Positions 40,473 through 52,010 of a DNA stretch of 64,000 nt are shown piece by piece; position 1 is the stretch's first letter, and every line of letters begins with the position of its first letter. The translations under genes and the position numbers were made by a program. The stretch spans positions 29,512,001 through 29,576,000 of the forward strand of contig OZ287748.1 in assembly GCA_965649765.1 (NCBI GenBank). The letters run 5' to 3'. Source of the DNA: Bispira polyomma. Its lineage: Eukaryota. A model generated the notes under the pieces. The model did not search any database. It was not told where the DNA came from and saw only the letters and a program-made list of their open reading frames with translations.

Positions 40473-42807
40473 AAGTAAAAAACTCGGCATTAACACCGGG
40501 TACAAATAGTCACCCATGTAGCAGAGCAGGCTTCAATTCGTCTAGAATCATTGTAAATTCTAAGGTTGCAAACGTGAGTAGTGACAACTGGAGATCTGAC
40601 TGGGCGAGATTCAGTAATAAAACATATGCACAGGTCGTGAAACAAAGGCTCTCAAGCCCTAAACAGGCTAGTAACAACTCAAAACACAGAGAAGTAGTTC
40701 AAAATGAAAAAAGGATCCCCAGTTGTCACACCAAAAATGTTGTAAATAAAAAATGTGTAAATACAAAAGTTCACCATGGTGTAACAAAGCAATGTACCCA
40801 ACTAAAAGACGTGAAAAAGGTGAGGATTTGTAGGTCACCTGGGCGTGAAAGCCCAATTAAGCCTAACAATAACATCATTGTGCAAAATCGTTTTGACCCA
40901 CTTCTCACACTTTGTCATACATCACCCGTTGTAGGTGGGAAAAGTGACACATTACTTGCTAACAAGGTCAGTGGACCACAAAAGGTAAACATAGATACTG
41001 TTACAGTACACAAAGACAAGTATAACTTGCAACTTCAAGTCAAAAACAAACATAAAGAGAAAGTAGCACAGGCTAAAAATAAGGATACATTCAAAAAGTG
41101 GATTAGCCAGACACGAGGTAAGTTGGGCTTTATTCCTCTAGGTCCTCTAAAAAATCCACCCGATGACAATCCAAGTGAAAATACTTTCTCTGAGCTTGAA
41201 CTGCATTCTAAGGTAAAAAGTAGCAAAAATTACAATTTCATTGGAGAGCAATTAGTAGTGCAGTCACAACTCAAACACGAGCGTTGGAAAGAACTACTAG
41301 TGGATTACTGGGATACCCAGCTTCCTCATCTTATTCGCTACGGGTTTCCCTTGGACTTTAATCGGCACTCAGAATTAAGTTATAAAGAAGAAAACCACCA
41401 TTCGGCGCGTGAGTACACCGATGACGTCATGGCCTATCTAGAAGAAGAAAAACAGCATGTGGCGATTCTGTGTCCGTTTCATAAGCCACCCATACAAGGC
41501 ATGCATATTTCCCCATTCATGACAAGAGAAAAACCAGGTGCACCCCATAGAAGGGTCATCATAGACTTAAGTTTCCCGCCGGGGCAATCAGTTAATTCTG
41601 CAATACGTCAAAATTGATACTTAGGTACAAACTTTCTTCTGACACTGCCCACCATTGATGAAGTAACAAACAAAATTGTAAAATTAGGCAAAAATTCACT
41701 CATTTATAAACTGGACATAAGTCGCGCCTTCAGGCGCGTAAAACTTGATCCAGCCGATTACGACTTGCTAGGCCTAAAACTAGAAAACTATTACGTTGAT
41801 ATGTGCCTGCCATTCGGCTATAGGCACAGAAGCGCCATATTTCAGCGCCTAAGTGACGCCATGCGTTACGTCATGCGCGGTAGAGGCTATGACGTCATCA
41901 ATTATATAGATGACGTCATAGGATTTGGAAACGGCCTGTACGTCCATGACGCTTACGACGCCCTCTATAGGCTAGTGCAAGAATTAGGTTTCGCTATTAG
42001 CAGTAAGAAATTAGTACCTCCAAGTACTAGGGTAACGTGTCTAGGCGTCTTGATTGACACAACTATGTTTACAGTAGAGGTGCCACCGGAAAAACTTGCG
42101 CAAACAATTCAACTCTGTAACAGCTGGGTAGGTAAAAAAGAATGCTCGAAACGAGAACTCCAATCACTGCTGGGCTCATTGCTTTATATTTCAAAATGTG
42201 TTCATATTGCCAGAATTTTCTTAAATAGGATGCTAGACAAACTGCGCAATGCTCCAGATGCAAAACGCATAGGCCTGGAGCTTCCATTCTTCCAGGATCT
42301 TAATTGGTTCACTAAATTTACACAAAAATTTAATGGCAAAGCCTTCTTTGACCACAGCCCTGTCACAGATGAAATTGAGCTTGATGCCTGTCTAACAGGC
42401 TTAGGAGGTAGATGTAATAATATAGTTTATACAAAAATCCTCCCCCTTAATTATCTGAGAATGAACATTGCACATTTGGAAATGCTTAATATTTTAGGAA
42501 AAACACTTGGAAAGGTAAGAAACTGGTAGTCCACTGTGACAACCAGGCAGTGGTCACCATCTTGAACTCTGGCAAAACCAAGGACTTAACTCTTGCAGCC
42601 ATTGCAAGGAACATTTTTATGGAAATTGCTGAGTCAGATATAAATTTAAGGCCAGTACACATTTTAGGTAAACTGAATGTCGCAGCCGACCTCCTATCTA
42701 GATGGCACAAAACTCAAGAACCAGACATTAAACTACAACAAATAATACCTGAACCACACTGGGTAAAGGTTCAGGATGAATTACTAACTATTGACAGGGG
42801 TATATAA
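40445..42807 (+). pseudogene. pol (RT and RNase H) of element 2
   Basis: HISPFMTREK...RVIIDLS, LPFG, NYIDD, LDACLTGLGG, HCDNQAVV, NVAADLLSR. There is an in-frame stop at 41615-41617 and a deletion/frameshift near 42495. Confidence 0.93.
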
Positions 42808-42817
42808 TTTATTTCAG

Positions 42818-43789
42818 ATCTCTCTCCGCTGGTGTTGCAGCTAGCTGGTCAGGCTGCCCATACAGCTAGGCAGGCCCTTAGGCCTGTCACTCAGTAAGCC
42901 TATCAAACCATGTTCAAGGTTTTCATAGTTTATACTATATTTGTAAGTGCCTATATTACACACATTTCCCCCATTTTACTACTTTCGTTTCTACAGGTAC
43001 TGGTAGCCAGTAAAGTGTCCCAGCCCTCTATTGCCAACTATCTGGCAGCAATAAAAGCTAAACTCAGCCTATATGGTATAACTGTGGCTGCATTTGCAGA
43101 CCCTCGTATCAAGTATTTTCAGAAGGCACTTATCTTACAAAAACCTTTTAGGGCCAGAATTAATAAGGCTTACAGAAGTGGTAAAAATCTGTGATACAAT
43201 GTTCATGGGGCAAATCTTCAAGGCTGCTTACTTATTAGCCTTCTTCTCCTTTTTAAGAATTTCGAACTTAGTTCCCCACACACTCAGTACGTTTAATCCA
43301 TTAGAACAGCTTGCTAGGGCGGATGTGCTTTTTGCTCCCCCTGGACTCCAAGTAATAATAAAATGGTCCAAAACCCTTCAGGATAGAAATTCAATAAAAA
43401 TCATCAAGGTTCCAAGTATCAGGAACTCTGTACTCTGCCCTGTGGCAGCAATTAGAAACATTCTAGCTCTTTCACCAGCTAATAAAAACTCACCTCTATT
43501 CCAGTTCAAGACAGCTTCAGGCTGGGTTCCTCTCACAGATTCAAAAATAAGACATAACTTGAAGCAAATTCTAGTGAGATTGAATTTGACAGACTCTCCC
43601 ATAACATTTCACGATTTCAGACGTTCAGGGGCCACACTGGCCTTTAATAACCATGTTCCTTTACAAGAAATTCAAAGCCATGGCACATGGACTTCAGAAT
43701 GCGTTTGGAAATATATTACGAAGGATCATGAAGCTTCAGACCAAGTGGCCATAGCCTTTCAAATCCTACTTTCCAACCCTACTCACTAA
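42818..43789 (+). pseudogene. Tyrosine recombinase of element 2
   Basis: FFSFLRISN, KWSKT, HDFRRSGAT, HGTWTSECVWKY. There is a nonsense codon near 42895 and a frameshift near 43165. Confidence 0.93.
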
Positions 43790-43800
43790 CTTGGGTTTGG

Positions 43801-44204
43801 GTGCTTTTCTTAATCCATTTTATACTTTAAACTTGTTACTTATGTATCTCAGACTAAGGTCACCTACATCTTCAAACTTACACTTAAGTTAAAACTTAAA
43901 CCCATTAAGGTTACCCTAATTTAAACAACCATCTTAAGCTAAGATGGCCTCAAACTAAGCCAATCCGGCATCTTAAGGTAAGATGACCTTAATTTCAAAC
44001 TGTAAACTCAATTTGGGGTAACCTTAGTATCTTAACTTAAACTCAGTTTAAGGGTACACTTTCTGATCTCCTTAAACCCCTGGTGACCTTAGTCTTTCAG
44101 TATGTATATAGTGTAGTGTAACCAACTTAGAATAAAACTAATATTCCCAACGGCTATAGTTCTTACTGTGTTATCTCCAACGGTAAGGCCACAATAGGGC
44201 ACTG
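43801..44204 (+). repeat. Split direct repeat B1 of element 2
   Basis: Nearly identical to 45205-45607; fewer than 10 differences seen in ~400 bp. Confidence 0.93.
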
Positions 44205-45204
44205 TGCAAGGTAGCCCGAAGGGGCTAGTAGGGTCAGTGCTAGAAAGGATCTTTTTAAAAACTATTCTGGTCTGCATGACCTCAATGCCCATTGGCTCTC
44301 ATTAACCCAATTACACAGCTAATTCCCGCCAAATAGCCTAAGGGGTTCACTTTTACAATTGAAGTCAACAAGGCAACACGCCATTTTAAGATATCTTAAT
44401 TTTGTTTCCCACCCTCATCCCCTACTCACTCCTTTCAGTTGGCTATAGCGTCGTCTGGGAGCAAATTGCAGAAGGTGGGGTCCCTGTTCTCTCCCTTTAT
44501 GCCCTTAGGCGCAGAGGGGGGCAAAGGGGGTGCCGGGGTGAGGCTTCGACCTGTCAGCAACATGGCTCGACTGCAGTCTTGCACTCTGGTGCTTCCTTGG
44601 GGGCCCTCAGGGCTCCCACCTTCTTGTCTCCAATAATTTACTGGGAAACCAGTCCCCTAATCAGGGTCTCTTTTTATTATAGCCTGCTGGCCGGAGGAGA
44701 TACAACCTTATCACAAATTGTGTATCAAATAACATGTCTTTATTAATGTGTATCAAACTTTAACTTAATGTGTCAACTAATGTATATTAGAGGGAGTGAT
44801 AATATTGTCAATATGTACACAATATAAAACAAAACTTGTCAGTAATGTGTAACGATGGAATGTGTCAAGACATATTCAAGTGTAATTAAAATGTCAATGT
44901 CATAAATATAAATATGCATGTATTAACCACGAGTGTGTTAGTTTCAGATCACATGGAGCAAGTGATCAACATCCATGGCGTGCCGCGGCCAGCAATCAAA
45001 AAGCCTCTGGTCGGGCTGTGTCCAAGTCAAGCTCCAAGATATACTTAATGTATTATTGTACCTCGATTTCATTCGATTTGCAACATCGTGGTACATCTCT
45101 GTAGGTTTGACGGGACATTAATTTTAGATGTGCTGTTCTTTTAGTTTTTAGCTAGAACAGGATTGCTTGTTACTGCTTTTACAAATTTTTTTTACTCTTG
45201 TTAT

Positions 45205-45607
45205 GTGCTTTCGTAATCCATTTTATACTTTAAACTTGTTACTTATGTATCTCAGACTAAGGTCACCTACATCTTCAAACTTACACTTAAGTTAAAACTT
45301 AAACCCATTAAGGTTACCCTAACTTAAACAACCATCTTAAGCTAAGATGGCCTCAAACTAAGCCAACCCGGCATCTTAAGGTAAGATGACCTTAATTTCA
45401 AACTGTAAACTCAATTTAGGCTAACCTTAGTATCTTAACTTAAACTCAGTTTAAGGGTTCACTTTCTGATCTCCTTAAACCCCTGGTGACCTTAGTCTTT
45501 CAGTATGTATATAGTGTAGTGTAACCAACTTAGAATAAAACTAATATTCCCAACGGCTATAGTTCTTACTGTGTTATCTCCAACTGTAAGGCCACAATAG
45601 GGTACTG
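45205..45607 (+). repeat. Split direct repeat B2 (element 2 terminus)
   Basis: Copy of 43801-44204, running from taatccattttatac to ccacaataggg. Confidence 0.93.
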
Positions 45608-47831
45608 ATTTATTCATATAACTTCTACATACAAAATATAACTACTTCCACACAGTAAAGTACACACATTTCCTTGCATAAAGACAAGATTTCTTTGCAT
45701 AAAAACATTTCCTTGAATAAGATTTTTATTACTTATATTAGTTAATCGGTTTGTAATATATCATACATACACTATACGTACACCATATATAGATTCCCTT
45801 GTGAGTGATGATGACGTACAATTTTCTCATTTATTTTAATAGAACTTTTAGCAATTTTATAAATATACAAGGATGAATCAGGACACATATTGAGATTACA
45901 GTGGAACTTAAAATTCCATTCAATCGAGATGGGTAAAAGGTTGAATTCAGTAAAGGAGAATTTATTCAATTACTGAGCTTTTTTGTGTGCTCAACAAGTA
46001 GCAATAGTATGTTTTTCCAGCTAGCTTTACACCTGTACGATGTTGTCTGTCAAATCCTTTATGCTTGGTAAGAAGGGTGAGATTTAAAAGGTACATACCA
46101 TCTCACAAAAAAAAACACCTTTACACATAGTACTTAACAAGCACAAAACTGGAAAAACAAGGCAAGTTGTTGTACAAGAAAAAAGGAGGGAGTTTCTCTT
46201 CATTTAGATAAAATTAATTTCATTGAGAAGCGCCTAGTATTATTACCTGTGGTGTTCCCTTGTCAAACTTTGGGATTGTATTTATATCAAAGGACTTGGA
46301 TTTAAACTGATTGCTTTAACTCAAATAGCACAGATTTTTTTATTGATGAGAATAACCTACACATGTGACCATTCATTTTAATACACTTTCGGACAAGGAA
46401 CTCAATGATGTAATCAGGTTTTAGATATCTCTCTTTCCTGCATACAAAGATACACCAAGGCATATTTTGAGTTTAGGTTTAAGTCCCTGATAAACCAGAT
46501 TTATAATATAGTCCCGTCACGAAAACACACAAAATATAAAGGTTCATCTGGTCGTATATTTATTGGATTTTATTGGGATTACAAATAAAATTATATAAAA
46601 CAGAAATTTCGATTTGTTATGATAAAGTTCATAAAATCACCTATGATTTATGCATTACAGGTCCCCAAAAAGTTTACAAAGTCATCTTACATTTTAGATT
46701 TTACAAGAAAAACATTCACAAAAAGCAGAAAGAAAAGGTTATTTGGTAGTGGCATCAAGACTACCCCTTGCTGAACTGTGTCTAAATTAAAATGAATAAC
46801 AAGGGATATGTAATGCACAAATTGCATTGTTTGCATGGATTTAACAGTTGTAATAACACCAATAATAATTTTGGTTCCTAATTTAGAAGCAGCATGTGTA
46901 GCTATCTGATTATATAGTTAAAGTGTCCAACTAAGATAATATAAATTAAATACATCTGTCTTACAGTATTGTCAACATACACAAAAAATCAATAAAATAT
47001 AGTTAAAATCATTGAATCTTGGTTTCAAATGTAGCTGTATATAAATAACAAATGTTTGATAATTAGGTTTTAAATAAGCAACAAATTAACATTTTACCAA
47101 GTATGAATAGTATCATTAAACATATCATTGGACAGTTTGTAATAAAAAGTAACACAATGTTGCACATGATGCAAAAGAAATAATGTTTCTCTGTTTGTTT
47201 TATTTTTTTTTTGTTTATTACTCATATTCTAAATATTTCTACTACGTTATTTTACATACCTTTGTATGTTCACTATATCTCTATCCAAATTTTTGTCTAA
47301 AACAGTTGTTTTAATCTTTTTTTGTGTGCTGTCTTTCACAGATTATGTATCCATTTTACCTATGAGAATCTCTTTATATATATACCGGTCACTTTCACAT
47401 TTAAACCTCTCTTCTAATTATCCATCTGTCTAAACCATCCCAAACAAAACTCAATACAAAAACACTTTCCTCGTCTATTTGCTTTCATATATTTTTTTTT
47501 CAAAACATCAAATGTAAAACCTTGTTTTCATCTTTGTCCTTTTGTTTCTAAATGTCCTGTAAATATTGATTACAAATCACAAAAAAGATGAGTTTTCCGT
47601 CTCATTAGGTGCTATTACAAAATGCACAACTTCTTGCACAAAAGACAATGAGAAACTTGTTTTTGTAAAACAAACTCTATAGTCTTGTGAGCACACAAGA
47701 GTCCTTTGAGGAGCTAAAGGCACCAGTTGTCTCTATTTAACCACCACACACATGTGACATGTCTTGCTAATCAGCAACTTCTTCACGCCCCCTCCCCCCC
47801 CCCCTCTATACACTTGTTGTGTCTTAGCACA

Positions 47832-47833
<2 letters not shown>

Positions 47834-47878
<45 letters not shown>
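47834..47878. repeat. (TG)n microsatellite, ~22 units
   Basis: Directly visible. Confidence 0.98.
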
Positions 47879-47880
<2 letters not shown>

Positions 47881-48156
47881 TAAACTTATTACAGTTTTGC
47901 TCCTGAATACAAATACACTTGTTACATGCCTATATTCAAAATATTAGATATTTAAACAAAATTATATGCAGAAACAAAGTCTCATTCAGGATAGGAAATT
48001 GTCCCAGGTATTTCGAATGCATCAGAATATATTAAGCTACACACTAATTATTTCTAGTGCATTAGAAACTTTAACTTTAATACTTGAAAGTAGATACATA
48101 TATTTATACTCACAAGGACCAAGTGAAGAGATATACTACATTCAATGTTCACTTGG

Positions 48157-48753
48157 GGCCGTTATTCACTAACATGGATCAAATTGAACGGAAAATCACC
48201 TCAGGATCAAGATCAGCTAAACAAAAGGCTTAGTTGATCTTTGGATAAAATCAGTATTCTCAAAGCAAGGATTTTCAGCCAAGCCAAAAATTGTACCATT
48301 TCTAACAGTAAAAACACAAGTTTTAAGTTTTCGTACATATTAAGCAGCTGTAATATGAATTAATTAATTTCCATCTAAATTATATTCAATTTATATTTTT
48401 AATTAGTTACATTTTGGTATAAAAACTTAAGCACCGCTCACTCTGAAATACATAAAAACAAAGCCTCTTTCCACAACAATTTAAACCTGCTTAAACTGCA
48501 AATAATTATTCTTAAATTGACATATGTGGAGACACAGAAGTGTACATGATTTAGAAATGATTTATTTTATAAAAACATTATTAATTAGTATGTTACAAAG
48601 TTTTGATCAAAGTATGTGATCTACCTAATGGATGGATCAAAAGTTAAACTAAAATCAGCTTAAACTTTTAGTCAACACCATAGGGGATCTGATTTTTCGT
48701 TCATTATTCGTTCAGTCAAATTTTGGTTCACTGATCCCTTTTGTGAATATAGC
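48157..48753. mobile_element. Degenerate MITE-like element
   Basis: Inverted ends ggccgttattcac...ggatca and tgatcc...gtgaatatagcc. Confidence 0.5.
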
Positions 48754-48826
48754 CATTGAACAGTTGGTTGGATTTGGAGATCAGTCACGTGATAAAGCCA
48801 TGTACAGATTCTGTAAAAAATATTTA

Positions 48827-49052
48827 TCACTCAACACAAGGTAGCGACATGCTATATCCTATAATGTACTCTTACAAGTCATGTGATCAAGTCACCTGAT
48901 TGTGTCTATAGAGAAATGATGATCACTTAACCCAAGGTAGAGGCATGCTGTACACTATAATGTACTCTAACAAGTCACATGATCAAGTCAACTGATTGTG
49001 TCTGTAGAGTAATGATGATCACTTAACCCAAGGTAGAGACATGGTGAACACT
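48827..49052. repeat. ~96-bp tandem repeat, ~2.3 copies
   Basis: tcacttaacccaaggtagagRcatg...tataatgtactct...gtgatcaagtca repeated. Confidence 0.85.
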
Positions 49053-49626
49053 AGATTTTACCAGTTTGTGTCCACGTATATTACAAATTGTTAAAGTACT
49101 GATAAATTACCTGTTGTCTCATAAACTGTAACTAAATCATGAGAAAGCCATTTATAGTTTCAGTGCATTGTAAATATATCGAGTTATTAATTTATGGATG
49201 TCACATCGACATTTAGCTTTTTAGATTCGCAGTATTTCATATCTAAATATAGGTATTTAGCTCAAGCATTCATTGTATCCCTAAAGACACACTTACATAT
49301 ACTGGTTACTATATATATATTGGAACTATATTAGAAAGAGTTTAGAATGGACCTAAAATGGATAACCACATCTAAGTGGTAATTGGTAGTTTTATTTTGA
49401 TGCAATATTGATTGCAAAGCAATGGGATTTGTTTGCTTTGTGTGATGAAAGAAACATATTTTCACCTCCTCAATGAAGGTTATGGTTTCACTTGTGTCAT
49501 TTTGTTTGTCACCGGCATCACACAAAAGGAACTGAACTGACCTGCATGAAATTTGACGAAATGATAAAATATGGGCTTAGAACAAACTGTGTTTATTTTT
49601 AAGTGAATCCGGGTAGATGGGCAGAT

Positions 49627-50300
49627 TCTGACTGCAGAGTGACTACAGAGTGGCCCTATCTGACTACAGAGTGGCCCTATCTGACTACAGAGTGGCTCTA
49701 TCTGAATAGAGAGTGGCCCTATCTGAATAGAGAGTGGCTCTAACTGATTACAGAGTGCCCCTAACTGACTAAGGAGTGGCTCTATCTGAATAGAGAGTGG
49801 CCCTATCTGAATAGAGAGTTGCTCTAACTGACTACAGAGTGCCCCTAACTGACTAAGGAGTTGCCCTATCTGAATAGAGAGTGGCCCTATCTGAATAGAG
49901 AGTGGCTCTAACTGATTACAGAGTGGCCCTAACTGACTACATAGTGGCCCTATCTGACTACAGAGTGGCCCTAACTGACTACAGAGTGGCCCTATCTGAC
50001 TACAGAGTGCCCCTAACTGACTACAGAGTGGCTCTATCTGAATAGAGAGTGGCCCTATCTAAATAGAGAGTGGCTCTAACTGACTACAGAGTGCCCCTAA
50101 CTGACTAAGGAGTTGCCCTATATTAATAGAGAGTGGCTCTAACTGACTGCAGAGTGGCTCTAACTGACTACAGAGTGGCTCTATCTGACTACAGAGTGCC
50201 CCTAACTGACTAACGAGTCCCCCAAGTGACTACAGTGTGCTCCTAAGTGACTACTGACTCCCACAAGTGACTACATAGTTCCCTAAGTGACTACTATGTG
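49627..50300. repeat. Minisatellite, 21-bp unit, ~30 copies
   Basis: Unit gactacagagtggccctatct and variants, decaying at the 3' end. Confidence 0.96.
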
Positions 50301-51714
50301 CCCTGCTCGTTCTGTAATACGATTGGGAAAAAATGATGCAGCTTTATAAACTTTACTTACTGCAAATCACGTATACAATACAATAAAATGAAGACCAAAG
50401 AAGACTGGATGACAGATCAAACGTCAGTAAAAGTTTTCACTGGAAATTAATTGTACAGTTTGAATGGTAGAAATTAAATCTCAGTGAAATGTTTAATTAA
50501 CAAAATAATAGATTTTTTCTTCCTGCTAATATTTCTGCTCCCACAATGTTATGTTTTGTATAGTGTACAGAGATAACCTTTATTATATACTCTTCTATTG
50601 TATATGTAATCTGTACATATCAGCTTGATATCAAGTGTGATGAAAGAGATAGCCATAACACATACATTATCTGTTTGAAGGCTGTATGTCTTAGACACAA
50701 TATCTATCTCCATACCTACACAGTTGGTGCAGAAAGATAGGCTTCTCCTGCTAAGACATATGCATTTGTTCTGAGTAGACTCCTAAATAACTATATATTA
50801 CAGCAATAAATCTATCCTTTTCTATAGCAGTCTGATGAGTTTCACATTACACTAATGCCTACTAATATCTTTGTCCCAGTTATTTTTTCCAGAAATGCTG
50901 CAAAAAACACACAAAGAAAGTAGCTGATGTATCACTGGAAATCTGTTTTGACAGTCTCTGTAGGGAATGTGGTAATTTATTTACAGTAATGTAGGTTATC
51001 ATTATTACAAATTATTTCCTTTTTTCCTCTGGTCTTTTGCATGATGTGGACTGTTGGTTTTTTGCTGTAAATTTTGTTACATCGAACATTGAGCTAACGT
51101 CTAATTCTGTGTGACAAGGTGAAACAAAAATACTGTCATTTACAAATAAATAATTGATGACAAGAGTATATCACACAAGAGTTTTCATGAAACTAGTTTT
51201 ATCGTGTGACCTTTGTCAGCTGACATCATTTTCTGTCTTACGTGAAAAATTGCATGCCATTATTTAAACCGGGCTTTAGTTGTATGATTTTATAATAATC
51301 TCCAATTTAAGCCATAAAATGGATTATTTTTACCCATCACATTTACATCAGTTATAACATGGTATTATCATTGTTTACAAAATTAAATATTTTATCAGTA
51401 AAAATTGTACCTGGGTGTAAGTAGGACGTGACTCTAATCAATTGTCTTACCAAAGTAGATGAGGTCTAAAGTCATCACTCTAAAATTATCTACAAATGCC
51501 CTCCAAGGCACAGAATAACAGTTAGTAATTTATTTAATGTTATAAAAATTCAAACCACTCCAATATTTAGGCATTTCACCCAGAGTGACCTTTCAGTTGG
51601 ATACATGGGGTTCAGCATCTTCCAGTGAATAGAGGATGAATCCAACCAAAATTCTAATAAACGAATCAAAAGTCAGGAATTACACTTGGTATTTTAGCCT
51701 TTCCTAAATTAAAT

Positions 51715-52010
51715 GCAAATTTGCATTTATATTGTGTTTTCTTTCCAAGTGTTGTACACAGTTTACACCCCCCAGTCTGGGATCTTCCACTTTTCACTCT
51801 CAGCTCCTTAAAGGATACTACTCATGCTGCCTCATACGGACTAACACCCATTAGCAGGCAGGTACCGATTTATACCCCTGGGTGGAGATGGACAACATGT
51901 ATAAAGTACCTTGTACTAGGCTACAATCTCCATGCCTGTAGCAAGGATCAAACCATGGACCCTTAGATCTAAAATCTGACAATCTCAACCGCTAGGCCAC
52001 ATGGACCACA
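51715..52010 (-). mobile_element. tRNA-derived SINE, same family as ~10540-10950
   Basis: Shares ggtaccNatttatac...ctgggt and aaccRctagRccac blocks with the copy at 10540-10950. Confidence 0.65.

Larger units (their letters stand above)
40240..45607 (+). mobile_element. Tyrosine-recombinase retrotransposon (Ngaro/PAT-like), element 2; 5'-truncated, with split direct repeats at the 3' end
   Basis: gag C-terminal finger, RT/RNaseH and YR, then a ~400-bp repeat present twice ~1 kb apart. This fits the B1-A2-B2 layout known for Ngaro/PAT elements. Confidence 0.92.

Noticed and set aside
41111-41125. Alternative phase-1 donor GAG|GTAAGT in the pol extension of element 2
   Set aside because: It is frame-compatible with the YR acceptor but not conserved at the homologous site in element 1 (aaggtccac), so it is not claimed.
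49627-50300. Second CRISPR-like array
   Set aside because: Contiguous 21-bp tandem units with no spacers.
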